From Gekko japonicus (Eukaryota), in assembly GCF_001447785.1 (NCBI RefSeq), contig NW_015176494.1, positions 167,468 through 231,467 of the forward strand: a stretch of 64,000 bases of DNA. Direction: 5' to 3'. Positions 10,623 through 23,327 of this stretch are shown piece after piece. Under the pieces are notes generated by a model. The model was not told where the DNA came from. It did no database searches and was given only the letters and a program-made list of their open reading frames with translations. Each line of letters opens with the position of its first letter. The first letter of the stretch is position 1. The position numbers and the translations under genes are program-made.

Positions 10623-13115
10623 TATTTATTTATTTATTTATTTATTTTATTAGGTTTATATACCACCCTCCCCAATGGGCTCAGGGCGGTGTATAACAGT
10701 TAAATATACAGTTAAAACAATATTAAAATGACAATTTACCCATAAAATACCATATAATTATAATAATAATAAGAAGAGATTGGATTTATACCCCGCCCTT
10801 CACTACCCAAAGGTGTCTCAGAGCGGCTTACAAACTCCTTTCCCTTCCTCTCCCCACAACAGACACCTTGTGAGGTAGGTGGGGCTGAGCGAGCTCTGAC
10901 AGAAACTGCTCTTTTTCAAGAACAGCTTTTATCAGAACTACGGCTTGCCCAAGGTCATCCAGCCAGGTGCAAGTGGAGGAGTGGGGAATCAAATCCGGTT
11001 CTCCCAGATTAGAGTCCACGCACTTAACCACTACACCAAGCTGACAATAAAAGTTGTCAGATGACTAATCAGAACAGGCCTGATGGACAATTGGCCTGGA
11101 AAAATTGGGCCGAAAATGTTAGGGCCAGAGAAGCTGGAGGGAGGGAGAGGGGGGAAGTCAGCTGCCTCAACCAAATGCCTGGCGGAAGAGCTCCGTCTTG
11201 CAGGCCCTGTGGAACTGCAGTAAGTCCCACAGGGCCCTGATCTCACACGGGAGCTCATTCCACCCTTCAGGGGCCAGGGCTAGCTGGACGTCCTTGGGGC
11301 CAGGAACCACTAACAGATGTTGATTTGTGGACCTCAGTGTCCTCCGGGGCTCATATAGGGAGAGGCAGTCTCTTAGGTATGCTGGCCCCTGGCCATATAG
11401 GGCTTTAAAGGTAAGCACCAGCACCTTGAAACGGATATGGAATTCAATAGGCAGCCAGTGCAGTTCACGCAGGACCGGGTGGATACAAGCCCACACAGGT
11501 GTCACCGTCAAGAAGAAGACGAGACTGAATTTATACCCCACCCTTCACTTGCTGCCACATTCTGCACTAGCTGCAACTTCTGGAGCAGAGTCATGGGCAG
11601 CCCCACGTAGAGAGAGTTACAATAATCCAGTCTGGAAGTGACCATTGCATGGGTCACTGTAGCTAAGTCCTGGGGAGCAAGATACGGGGTTAACTGTCTG
11701 ATCTGCCTCAGATAGAAAAAGGCAGACCTGGCAGTGGTGGTGACCTGGGCTGCCATAGAGAGGGAGGTATCCAGGAACACCCCCAGACTCTTCACACTCA
11801 ATGTAGGCACCAATGGAGCTCTGTCAAAGGTTGGGAGCCTGAACCCCTGACCTAGTCCCCTGCAACTCAGGTACAGGACTTCTGTCATAGATGGATTTAA
11901 CTTCAGTCGGCTCTGTCATAACCATCCAGCCATGGCCTGTAATGCCTCGTTGAGATGTTCTGGGGCCGTGTGCGACCGGCCATCCATCAGTAAATAGAGC
12001 TGGGTGTCGTCTGCATATTGGTGACAACCCAGCCCATACCTCCGGATAATCTGGACAAGGGGGTGCATATAGATATTAAACAGCATGGGGGAGAGGATGA
12101 CTCCCTGCAGAACACCACATACTAGTGGGTGCCGCTGGGATAACTCCCTCCCGAGTGCCACCTCTGTCCCCAACCCTGAAGGAAGGAGGCTAGCCATTGC
12201 AAGGTAAGCCCCCATATCCTGGCATCGGCGAGGCGGTGGGTTAACACCTCATGGTCAACCATATCGAACGCTGCCAGAATCAGCAGCGCCAAGCCACCTC
12301 GGTCCAGATGTCTCCAGAGATCATCTACCAGGGTGACCAGCACCATCTCCGTCCCATGGGTGGGGCAAAAGCCAGACTGAAAGGGATCCAGAACCTTAGC
12401 CTCATCCAAGTACACCTGAGGCTGTATTGCCACTGCCCTCTCAACCACCTTACCCAGGAATGGTAGATTTTGACACTGGCCGGTAGTTATTAAGGACCGT
12501 CGGGTCCAAAGAGGGTTTCTTAAGGAGAGGACGAACTACTGCCTCCTTCAGTCCCTCTGGGAAAGTCTCTGTTGAAAGAGACAGATTTATAATCTCCCTC
12601 AGGGGGATCTGGACCTCATCGCCGCAGGCCTTGATCAGCCACGATGAGCAGAAATCTAGGAGGCAGGTAGTAGGCTTAACAGCTGTCAGGATCTTGTCAA
12701 CTTCGTCCTGAGAGAGCAGACTAAAGTGGTCCAAGGTTGGACCTGAAGACAGCCAATGAGCTTCCAGTTCTCTTATTGTATCAATTGTGGACGGGAAGTT
12801 GCGGCGGAGCGACAGGACTTTGTCTGCAAAATGGATCGCAAATGCCTTGCAGCCGATAGCCAATTCCCTAGCATTTGGTATGCCTTGAGGCAGAATAGTC
12901 AATGTCCGAATAATTCTAAATAATTGAGCTGGGCGAGAGCTAGCAGATGCAACGGAGGGCACATAGAAATTTCTCTTCGTGGCCTTCACTGCCATCTCAT
13001 AGGTTCTCATAAACAACCTATAGGATGTTCTTGTGGCATCATCACGAGTTCGCTGCCACCCTCTCCCTAGCCGTCTTAGCTCTCGTTTCATCCGCCGTAG
13101 CTCCGGGGTATACCA
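10621..13115 (-). mobile_element. L2 LINE, 5'-truncated and decayed
   Basis: LKKPSLDPTVLNNYRPVS, DPFQSGF, GVLQGVILSPMLFNIY, QYADDTQLY, SRLDYCNSLYVGLP, LHWLPIEF across frameshifts; (TAAA)n tail at 10621-10650. Confidence 0.9.
10771..11043 (-). mobile_element. tRNA-derived SINE (Squam3-like) inserted in L2 3'UTR
   Basis: TGGTGTAGTGGTTAAG A-box and GGATTTGATTCCC B-box-like head; tail gggcggggtataaatccaatctcttct. Confidence 0.8.
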
Positions 13116-13120
13116 ATATA

Positions 13121-14037
13121 TTTCAGTATTTTTATCAGTGATCTGGATTAAGGGGTAGAAGGGCTACTCATTAAATTTGCTGGTGATACCAGATTGGGCG
13201 GAGTAGCAAACACCCAAGAAGATAGTTAAAATTCAACAAGACCTGAATACTCTGGAGAAGTGGGCAGTTGCAAACAGGATGCTATTCAACAAAGATAAAT
13301 GCACAGTATTACATCTGGGCCACAAAAATGTCAAGCACAAATACTGGATGGGGGATACGTTTCTGGGGAGTAGTGTATGCGAAAGAGATCTTGGGGTAAG
13401 GGTGGACTGTAAACTGAATATGAGCAGTCAGTGTGGTGCGGTGGCAAAGAAGGCAAATTCAGTCTTGGGTTGTATTGAAACGGCCATAGCATCGAAATCG
13501 CAGGAGGTCACAGCCCCTATTTATACTGCCTTGGTCAGGCCGCACCTGGAGTCCTGTGTGCAGTTCTGGAGGCCTCACTTCAAAAAGGACGTGGGCAAAA
13601 TTGAGAGGGTGCAGAAGAGAGCGACGAGGATGATCAGGGGTCTGGAGACTGAGCCTTACGAGGAAAGGCTAAGGAATGTTTCGTTTGGAGGAGATTGAGG
13701 GGGGACATGATTGCTCTCTTTAAATATTTGAAAGGCTGTCATTTGGAGGAGGGCAAGGAGCTGTTCCAGTTGGCAGCAGAGGATAGGACCTGAAGTAACG
13801 GGTTTAAATGACATGCAGAAAGGTATCGGTTTGGGTATTAGGAAAAACCTTTTCACGGTCAGGGTGGTTCAAAGGTGCAATCAGCTGCCGAGGGGGGTGG
13901 TTAGCTCCCCTTCACTGACAGTTTCCAAGAAGAGGCTGGATGAATATTTGTCAGAGATGCTTTAGGCTGGTCCTGCATTGGGCAGGGGGTTGGACTAGAT
14001 GGTCTGTATGGCCCTTTCCAACTCTGTGATCCTATGA
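13121..14037 (+). mobile_element. CR1 LINE 3' portion
   Basis: KFAGDTRLGG, FNKDKCTVLHLG, LVRPHLESCVQFW, ERVQKRATRMI; CR1 3' end ggactagatg...ccaactctgtgatcctatga. Confidence 0.92.
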
Positions 14038-14419
14038 CCCTTTATTATATCTTCCCCCTTCTCGCCTTCCTTGTAAAAGTCCCAAATCCTGTAGCCTCTC
14101 CAATCCCCTATTCGTGTTGCCTGCCCTTTTCTACACCTTTCCTTATTTTATTTTTAGATAGGATGACTGAGCGCTTGTTTGGGGCTGGGAAAACTTGGAT
14201 TCACTTCGTTTTTTTACAACATTTTTACAACATTTATGTGCCTCCTCTTCAGAGACCTGGCTCACAAAGTAAAATGAGGCAAACTCATGATACAAACCAT
14301 GTAAAATTAGCATTCAGATTATTAAAACAAGCCATAAAAATTCAACAATAGAAACCTAGCGCAGAGAGCAGGGCTCCGGAGGAGGAACTTAACAGGTGGT
14401 CTGGACAGTATGGGGAAGG

Positions 14420-14560
14420 TGGCTATTCAAATACCTGGCCCTGGGCCACTTAGGGCTTTAAAGGTGGGAACCAGCACTTTCAATTGTGTCCAGAAACAAC
14501 TGTGCAGCCAGTGAAGTTCTGTCAGCACAGGGGTGACAGGATCCTTGTATCCAGCTTTCA
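14420..14560 (-). mobile_element. L2 fragment
   Basis: VTPVLTELHWL...LKVLVPTFKALSGPGP. Confidence 0.7.
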
Positions 14561-15299
14561 GAAGTAATGGGCATGGGGGCAGCCAATGTGTGCGAGTGGT
14601 TGTGTGTGACAGAGCAAACTCTCTGCTGAACTTGGAACTCCATCCAGCCTGCCTCAATGTTCTCCCTGCCTGGGATTGGGTATAGTAACTCTGTGCCTTT
14701 CTACTGTCCTGCGCCTCTCTTGGGAGTCTTCACTGGCCTACTCTGCATGACTGGTGTCCATGCCGGAGACTGTCAGTACCCTGGGCTGCCTCCTGTTGGG
14801 GAGTGGTTAGAGAATGGCTCCCTGAGTGTCAGTGGTGAGGGTTCTAGTCTGGCATCTGGGGAGTAGTCACTGTGGAACCATTTCTTCTCCCACCCGGAGT
14901 GTGTTGCATGCATCCACATGGGCCCCCCGTCAGGCATGTGTCCTCAGCCCCACCACAGGTCCAGATCAGCCATCAAGGGGCACCAGACGTAGACCACGGC
15001 ACAACTCCACAATCCCAGCCCTGCAGAGGGATATCAGCTATCCACAACGGCAAGGGGAGTGCAATGGCATGGCATTCACTGCGGTTAGGGGTGGATTGGA
15101 ACAACACAACACTGAACTATACATTCCCCCCTCCCCAGTCTGGGCAATTGTGCACCTGTGCCATGGCCACTGGCCACCCTCATGCAGCCCTCCCAGGAGC
15201 TAGGCCAGGGGGGCCATTGCAAGAGAGAGCTGGTGCAGGCTAACCATGATGACCCACAGTCCCATTGGTCTTCTGCCCCATGGTGAGCCTGCCGCAGCT

Positions 15300-15815
15300 G
15301 CCAGAAACCCATGCAAATTCAGCCCACCTCCTGCAGCAGCTGCCGGATGATTTCTACTGTTGGGTCTAATGATTGTGACAATAGACTTGGTTCCCTGGGT
15401 GAGATTCCATGCAAGAGTTTTGCAATGGGCCCTACTTCCATTTCAGAATAATGACATCAGAAAGAAAAGACACAGGTTCATCCCCCTCTCGACCAAAGTG
15501 AAGAGTTCGCTGACATGGTGGGCTTCACCGGTACACCTGGGTCCCCCTCTTTCAGAAGCCCAATGTAACAGTGACCACAGACACCAGCCTGAGAGGTTGG
15601 GGGGCCACTGCATGGACATGACAGTACAAGGCAAGTGGAGTGAGGAGAGGAGGAACAGCATAAACCCATTGGAGCTCAGAGCGATCCATCTGGTGCTACA
15701 AGCTTTCTGAGACATTCTGAATTAATATTTGTGTTGATCTGTACCGACAAAACAACGGCAAAAGCTCACATGAATCGTCAGGGAGGTACGAAGGTGATTC
15801 TTCTGCATCACCAGT
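15300..15815 (+). mobile_element. DIRS retrotransposon RT/RNase H fragment, decayed
   Basis: LLGLM...VPWVRFHARVLQW...SLTWW, INPLELRAIHLVLQAF, TDKTTAKAHMNRQGGT, typical of DIRS RNase H. Confidence 0.8.
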
Positions 15816-15864
15816 TAGGAGCCGCCACCGAAAACGCCCTAGCCTTAGTTTGGGCAAACTTCAC

Positions 15865-15970
15865 GCCTTGGGGGCCTGGGACTTCCAGGAGGTGGAGACT
15901 CCCCGATCATAGTGCTCTTGGGGGAACATACGGGAAGAGGCGGTCCCTTAGGTAAGCCGGACCCTGTCTT
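15865..15970 (-). mobile_element. L2 fragment
   Basis: QGPAYLRDRLFPYVPPRAL. Confidence 0.6.
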
Positions 15971-15974
15971 AATT

Positions 15975-16745
15975 GGGTTTTGTGATGGATGTTAGCCTTT
16001 TCCCTTGATCGAGTCTTTTTTATTTTTGTCGGTGTTTTCAGACCTAACCCTAACCAATTGTGGTACTGTGGATTAGAGGGGATTATTTCACGCCTTGTCA
16101 AATAGTTTATAACCGGTTCCCAGTTTCGCATGAATTTTGCATGTGTCTTAGTATTTTGCATTTGTGCACTACGCACTATGATTCAGGTCTGTTATTTTCG
16201 CCATAATGAACTGTTCCCACAATTTATCTTGCCATGTTTTGAGATTTGGAGGGTTTGGTGTTTTCCACACTGCTGCTACTGCTAATCTTGCGGTTGCCAG
16301 TAGCACTGAGGTGATTTCTTTTGCCTCGTCTCTTACTGTATCATCCCATTTGTTCATTAACATGACCTCCGGTTTGCAGGAGATCCTCTGTGAAGTCATC
16401 TCATTTATGCTTGTATCACTTCCTTCAAGAACTTAAGAATCCTTGGGCAGTTCCACCAACAATGTAGATAAGAACCTTTTTGCTCGCATTTTTCCCAGCA
16501 TGAAGGGTCAAAGTTTCTGCTGATTTTATGTAATTGTTTTGGTGTTATATACCACCTGGAAATTAATTTAAAGTTCTGTAAGCGTATATTATATATTGTT
16601 GAGTTGTTTGCTGGGAGGACCAAATTATGTCCCAGTCTGATTTTTGCCACTGTGTATTCAGTTCTTCCCATCTCAATTGATGTTTGTCAGCAAGCTGCCA
16701 AAGGTTTTTTCCTGTGTATGTATAATTTCTCCCCCCCCCCCAGTC
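15975..16745 (-). mobile_element. L1-clade LINE ORF2 C-terminal fragment
   Basis: FKLISRWYITP...CWEKCEQKGSYLHCWWNCP zinc knuckle; ARLAVAAVWK; WEPVINYL. Confidence 0.85.
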
Positions 16746-17049
16746 TCGCAAGTGCGGTCAGCCTATCATGCGCACATCTTCCCATTAGTCTGCTATCTCG
16801 CCAAGGCCACAGGTGGAAGAGCACAGAAGGCTTTGCTTAGTCTTTAATGAGCAGTAGTTGTGGGAATAGATTAATTGTTTATAGTTAAGGAACCGTTGCT
16901 TCTCAGGGTTTAAGCGCGAGCGGGGCCTTTTGGCTGCGCGCGGGAACCATATCTATTGGTTATTGTAATTATGAACTTGCTTTATCCTTTCATGCACCTC
17001 AACCTTCGTTATTCTGAACAGTGACCCTGTTCTAGTGCTTCATGGCTTC

Positions 17050-17880
17050 AATAAAGTAAAACCTTCTTGCAAGTGTGTACTACGTTGTTTGCTGCGGGGA
17101 CCTGACAATGTTTTAGCTTCGTTTGATTTTCAGCCTGTATTATTATTCTGTAGAGTCTGGAAAGTGTCCCTTTAGGTGAAATTGATTTGCTTGATTTCTT
17201 GAGGCCTCTGACATTCAGATTGTCTGTAGCATCTTCATTTTTCTGCTCCCCTGCCTCTGAGGAATAGTTGAGGGTGGAGACTACCTTCTTGAGCAGTCTC
17301 TGATAATGTTCAGGTTGGAACAATCTGGTACAACTCTTGGTGTCAGACTCATCACCCAACCGTTCCCCTTCCTCTTTGTCAGAATGGATGGATGTGGCAG
17401 AGATGATAGATCCTGCATCTGATCCCAGTCTGCACAAAGGTTGTTTCCTGCCATGGTGCAACTTGGGTTTTTTTGTGGGGGGAGGGGGGGTTAAAGAGTC
17501 TGCACTCTTGGACTGGGCTCTCCTTAATTGTCTCTTTTCCCCTCATTTCCTAGGGACCTCCCCCTCTGAAGATGAAGACGATGATTGTGTAGACACTGAA
17601 ATGGACAGGCTTGAAGTTCTGTGTCTTCTTTTGCTTTGGGGCCCTTCGGAGACCTTGCCAGAAGATCACTCATGTTCACCCGATCTAATAATGGTAGGCT
17701 CCTGCTCCTCTTCTAATTGGCTAAAATTCTGATGTGGAAGTGAGTTCATAGCAGGGGGCGCTGTGGAAGCCAGCTAACTAAAGTCCCCCCTCTAAGAAAG
17801 AACTGCGCGAAGAAGCATGTGACCGCCCGGAAAAAAGACGGAAGGAGAAGCAAGAACATCTGCGGAAAAAAGCCTTCGGA
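17050..17880 (-). mobile_element. decayed retroelement gag-like fragment (DIRS-like, tentative)
   Basis: S/E/K-rich open stretches and RLFQPEHYQRLLKKVVSTLN, reminiscent of DIRS ORF1. Confidence 0.35.
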
Positions 17881-17959
17881 GGGTATCTGGTAGGGTTCCC
17901 ATCCCCCTGAATTTGTGGCCGTAGTTAGGATTCTAGAAAGTGTGTGTACACACGATACT

Positions 17960-18032
17960 CTGTAAGCCGCCCAGAGCCCTTCGGGGGTGGGTGGGGTAAA
18001 AATCCCATGTAATAATAATAATAATAATAATA

Positions 18033-18068
<36 letters not shown>
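17960..18068 (+). repeat. (AAT)n microsatellite (18010-18068) forming the tail of an L2-type 3' end
   Basis: tgtaagccgcccagagcccttcggg...aaaatcccatgt followed by about 19 AAT units. Confidence 0.8.
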
Positions 18069-20224
18069 GATGGAGGCAGGGTTTGTGGAAGCCAAGTTGC
18101 CCTCCAGTTATTCAAGGACCAGTCAGTAGGGGGCTGCCCATAAAGCGCGTGGGGAAACGTGGTGGCAGCCATGTTGGACCTGGCTGCAGCTGTCGTTCCT
18201 GCCATGTTACAAGGAACCGGCATGAAAGGGGCCCCATAGAAGGTGTAGCCAGCTAGCCTGGAGTCAGGTCCTGATGGAGGAGTGTCTAACAGACTGGGGA
18301 CTCTCAAATAGTGCACGGACTCACTGCTCCCTGTAGCGGGGCTGCTGGAGGCAGTACGTGCCACAGTGCGGCTTGCATCGTCTCCTTCGACCCTGCACCT
18401 TTTGTCTTCATCCCATCCTAGGCTCCCAGAGGCCTCTGGAGCTGACTGGGATGCCAAGGGCCTGGAGATTGCCACAGTGGCTAGGTGGGACCCCGAGGCC
18501 TCGGGAGCACCCACCCTGTCCTGTTGCTCCACAGCAGCAGCTTTCTGTGGTCCTTCCCCTCTGCCTGAGGCCTCAGACAGGTAAGGCTTGCCTGAAGTCT
18601 GTTCCCTTTTTCCTGAGGCCACCGGACCTGGAACCTTCTTAGAGGACTTGGCATCCATGCTGCCAGCACTTCCGACAGTCCCTCCTTTTATTATAATTTT
18701 ATTATATATTTTTCTTTTTGGTAGCTTCTGCTGACCTGGTGAGTGGAGCTAGGCGCTAACGACCTACTGAAGCGGCAGGGGTATTGAAACTGGAAGGGCG
18801 CCCTCGCTCTGTTCAGTAGGCATACACAAAATTTGCACAGCCCTGCCTGAAGCGAGAAGAGGTGTGGCCTAACCAGTCTGGATGCCTTTCCCCACTGAAG
18901 GAGAACCCCATAAGCAGAGAATCTCAGATGCTGGGGTACATGGGCAGCCACCCAGCATCTCTCTTCCGCCCATGATGCTGGGCAGGGTCCAGGTGTAAGT
19001 GGCTGCAGACGTCCGGACACTTCAGGCCACAGCTACAGGCTCTAGCTCCTGTAATTTAGCCTCAGTTTCGCACTGGCTTTTGTGGATTCAACAGTTCTGC
19101 AAGATAGAGCTTGCTTCTGTACTTCTCTCTGGCCATGAAGTCTGCCTGCCTGTGATTCCTCAGAGCAAACAGGATACCTGGTGATGGGGATTCACTGTCA
19201 CTGCCTCCCATGTCCTCTGTGGGGGAGCTGAGGATGACGATAGCCTCAGAGAATGCTAGGAGGCTGGCAGTGAGAACTCTGACAGCATGGAATGTGGGCT
19301 GGAGGCTGATATGGTTGTTGCCCCTGCAATTCCTCTGTTGCAACTGGATTCTGCCCAGGGGGATGGCTTGCCCCCAAGGCGACATCACCGCTGGCCATGG
19401 TGGTGGGCTTGAGGGGGCTGCTATGTCATGCCCATGGACTCCATGCCATCTCCATGTGGGGCATGGCAGCGTCTTAGGAAATGTGGCAGTTTGCTGCTGC
19501 ACGGGAGAAATGTGGCTCCTGCATGGGAGAAAGGAAGGGACATGGTGGTGGTGGTGAGTGGCTAAGAGGGAACCATTGGGGTGGTGGTGGTGGAATGCCC
19601 CTGTGGCACACGCACCTGCCTACTTGTCACCACCCTCCATTCGCTATAGCGTGGCTGGGCAGCATGACTCCAGAGGTCCGTTGTGACACTGGAGGAGGAA
19701 GGGGTGGTGGCTGGGTTGCCCTGTGGTTCGGCTACGTTTTCTTTCTGCTGTGCCTGGAGCTGAACTGTTGCCTGACCAACACCATGGGATTCCGAGTCCC
19801 GCCTCATTGCCTCCCATGCCCTCATTCGTCTGGCTCACGCTGTCCACGAGAAGTGGGAGATCTGAGGAGTCTCCCACAGACTGTAGCAGAATGCCCACCA
19901 CATCTGCAGGCAACATGGGACCAAACGTGGGCCTCCCACAGAGTCAGTGCAGCGTTGGCTGCCCGGAGGGTGTGCAGACGTGGCTACTAGTGGCAGGGTC
20001 TCCGTGTGTCAGCTGTCACACACGTGCCTGGATCCATTCCTACACCAGCCCATGCACAACACTTGTCTGGGCTGGGCCCTGCTTCCTAAACTGGCGGAGC
20101 TCTTTCTGCTGGTAGCAAGGGCAACACTGCATGCTTCACCAGCAGCTCATACAGGAGCTCAACCCATGTGACTACCCAGAGCTGGTTAAATGCTTGGGAC
20201 AAAAAACAACTCTAAGTTAAACTC

Positions 20225-20372
20225 CACCCTCTTCCAGGGCCTGGGACAGATGGAGACGCCATATGAAATTAACTTAAAAGCAGACCCTAAGCCTTTCTTC
20301 ATCAGTGTTCCCAGACAAGTGCTTGTCCCACTCTTGAGCAAAGTCAAGAAAAACCTGGAAGAAATGACTATG
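20225..20372 (+). mobile_element. Gypsy LTR-retrotransposon pol fragment
   Basis: LFQGLGQMETPYEINLKADPKPFFISVPRQVLVPLLSKVKKNLEEM, the protease-RT linker of Gypsy pol. Confidence 0.7.
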
Positions 20373-20952
20373 GTGTGCGACTATGGTTATCACCAGCATT
20401 GCAAGTGGAGATGTACATATCTGTGCAGAACATGGACAGGGGGGAAGGGACCAATCAATGGGCAGCAGTCCTGGGGAGCTGGGCCTGGGACATTTGCAGT
20501 GTGGGGAGGGGCAAGGTTGGCTCAAACCATGCCAGACACCCCCCCCACCCCTGCCGACACACCCACATAAAGACACCACCACTGCAAAGCAAAACAGAGA
20601 CAGCAAACATGGGAAAGCGGTGGCACCAAGCGCACTGACACCCCCAGGGCCAGAGGACCCTAGGGTGCAGAGTGCTGGCCCACACACCAGAGTGGCAGCA
20701 GGGGTGCACAGCACTCAGCACTACACATGCCGGGCAGCGCCACAACTGCAATGGTGAGGGCACCCCATGAGGTGCTCCTGGGGATCCTGGCACCCAGTGG
20801 TGATGAGAGGGAGCAGCTACAGGGGCAGGCACGAACTTAAGGGCAGACCAGGAGAGGGAGGATGCAGGAAGGGTTGCAGCCTCAGTGCTGAGGTCTTGTG
20901 GCCCTTTCTTACCCGCCCAGGGAAATGCTGGTCGCCACTTTGGGGTCAGGAA

Positions 20953-21166
20953 CAATGTTCCCTCTAAGCTGTGGAGAGTCTTGTGAGCAAAAATTCTACT
21001 TTGTGAGCTACTGGCATTAAAGTTGTGAGCGAGCGATTTGGCTCCTGCATAAATTAGTGTGCTGTTCTCTGGAGCCCCATCCTTCCTGAGCTAAGACAAA
21101 ATGTGTGAGCAAGAGGCTAAAAAAGTGTGAACTAGCTCACACTAACTCAGCTTAGAGGGAACACTT
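20953..21166 (-). mobile_element. hAT-type MITE family A
   Basis: Same TIRs; perfect 8-bp TSD GTCAGGAA. Confidence 0.9.
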
Positions 21167-21284
21167 GTCAGGAAGCCATTTTTCTCCTGCCCAGTTTGGC
21201 TGGAGACCCTCGAGGTTTTTTGTCATCTTCTGGGCATGGAACAGCGGTCACTGTGGGTGTGGAAGGGGAGTGTGAATTTCCTGC

Positions 21285-21350
21285 CTTGTGCAGGGGGTTG
21301 GACTAGATGACCCCAGAGGTCCCTTCCAACTTTGCGATTCTATGATTCTA
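21285..21350 (+). mobile_element. CR1-type 3' end
   Basis: gggggttggactagatgacc...cccttccaactttgcgattctatgattct. Confidence 0.75.
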
Positions 21351-21592
21351 GGCCCAACCACCAGGCCGTGGACCGCAGCCAGCAGGCCTGCAAGCAGTCC
21401 CTCAATATGCCTGTGGCTCATTCATGCTCCCAACAGCAGCCACCCAAGGTGGCCCACAGCTGCCCTCTGACCCTCAGCAAGTTTGTTCTGGTACTGCTGA
21501 CCCCAGGACAGAGCATCTTGTTGTTTCCTCTTGATGGATGTGAGGGGGGGGGGAAGATGTGTTGTGTGGGTAGTGGTCCCCATACCCTGGGA

Positions 21593-22516
21593 CCATAATT
21601 TTTTTAAGAGCCCCTCCCGAGAGCTGGGGGAGCCAGAATGACCTCTCGCGTGTGATGTCCGAGCAGCATCACACGCAAGAGGTGGAATTTGCCCCTACAA
21701 GTCGAAGGCCACTACCCCGGGGCTCAGGGAAGCAGGAGAACGGTTCCCCCCGCCCCCTGCGTTGCAGCCGCCGCCGAGAACAGTGGACAAATTCCACCTC
21801 TCGCGTGTGATGTCCGAGCGACGTTGCCGCTCCAACATCACACACAAGAAGTCATTCTGCCTCCCCCAGCTCTCGATAGCTCTTTAAAAAGTTATGGCCG
21901 CCGCCGCTGTTCTCTGCGGCAGCTGCGACGCCCGCGCGGGGGGGACGACGACACATTCCCTTGCCTCCTTGAGCCGCGGGGTGGTGGCCTTGGAATCCTA
22001 GGGGCAAATTCCACCTCTCATGTGTGATGTCCAAGTGGTGTTGCCGCTTGGACATCACAGGCGAGGTCATTCTGGCTCCCCCAGCTCTTCTTAGAGGTTC
22101 TTTAAAAAGTTATGGCCGCTGTCGCTGTTCTCGGCGGCAGCTGCGACACCCACATGGGAGGGAGGAGCGGCGTGAAACGCTCCCTTGCCTCCCTGAGCCC
22201 GAGGGGGGGGTGGCCTTGGACTCGTAGGGGCAAATTCCACCTCTCGCGTGTGATGTCCAAGCGCCGTTGCTGCTCGGACATCACACGCGAGAGGTCATTC
22301 TGGCTCTCCCAGCTCTCGGGAGGGGCTTTTTAAAAAGTTATGGCCGCCGTCGCTGTTCTCGGCGGCAGCTGCGATGCCTGCGCGGGGGTGGGAGGGGCAG
22401 GGCAAAACGTTCCCTTGCTTCCCTGAGCCTCGGGGTGGTGGCCTTGGACTCGTAGGGGCAAATTCCACCTCTCGCGTGTGATGTCCGGCGGCAACATCAC
22501 ACGCAAGAGGCCATTC
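21593..22516. repeat. CpG-rich ~220-228 bp tandem array with an internal hairpin per unit; first unit inverted
   Basis: Direct units start at about 21788, 22005, 22231 and 22459 (caaattccacctctc); 21593-21786 is a reverse-complement unit. Confidence 0.9.
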
Positions 22517-23159
22517 ATGGCATTAGGCCATAAACTGCATGGCACTGGGCTGGTGTTGGCAGCCGAGTTGAGTGCCATGGCTGGAGCTGTGTACCTCTGC
22601 CCCCAGCCCAGCTTGGGGTACAGCCAGGCTGTAGGGGTTGAGAGGGCAGGTAATAGGAGATGGGCTGGGACCCCACACTATATGAGTGGTGTCACACCTA
22701 TGGGATGTGTAACAATTCTGCAGGGCCTGCAAGATGGAGCTGTTCCGCCAGGCCTTCGGATGAGGCGGTGGACATCCGAATTCCACCTCAGCCTCCCCTG
22801 CTGACGATGCTGGCCAAATGGAACCAGCTCAAACTGAGCATCGCTGTCCAGGCAAGTCCACAGTGTTTTGTGTTCAGTTGGTTTTTTTTTTGAGAAATAG
22901 GGTTTTAACTACTTGATTTTTACTGTGTGATTTGTGACCTGCCCTGAGCCTGTTTGAGGGGAGGGCGGGTTAAAAGTCAAAGTAAATAAATAAATGCCTC
23001 TGTGCCGGGAGTGGCGAGGTTGTTGCATGTGCCTTGGATGGTCCTGGTGGGCCACTGTGGATGCTTGAGGTGCTCTCCGTGGGGGAGGGAGAGACAGTTT
23101 CCCGCAAAGGGCCAACAGGCCACTATGGAACTGCAAGGGTATCTCCCCCTGCCCCATAC

Positions 23160-23320
23160 AAAGTAAGAGTCCTTCGGCATTATGGCTGGAGGGTTTGGAC
23201 CCTCTGCTTTGTTTCTCTCTCGTGTTCTAGCTGTTTTTCACACCACAGATCCTCGTTTTTCAGCTTATTCAGCTCTAATTCTTATTTCCTCAAGTCTGAG
23301 TTTCTCTATCTGCTGTTTGG
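23160..23320 (-). mobile_element. decayed gag-like coiled-coil fragment (LTR element, tentative)
   Basis: QIEKLRLEEIRIRAE*... E/R-rich coil. Confidence 0.3.
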
Positions 23321-23327
23321 GGGCCCG

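Noticed and set aside
17933-18658. 241-aa ORF with a poly-Ile hydrophobic stretch
   Set aside because: Poly-Ile comes from the (AAT)n microsatellite; the rest is low-complexity, probably TE-derived sequence.
21593-22516. CRISPR-like repeat/spacer appearance of the palindromic array
   Set aside because: The inter-hairpin segments are homologous to each other rather than unique spacers, units are ~225 bp, there are no cas genes, and the context is vertebrate.
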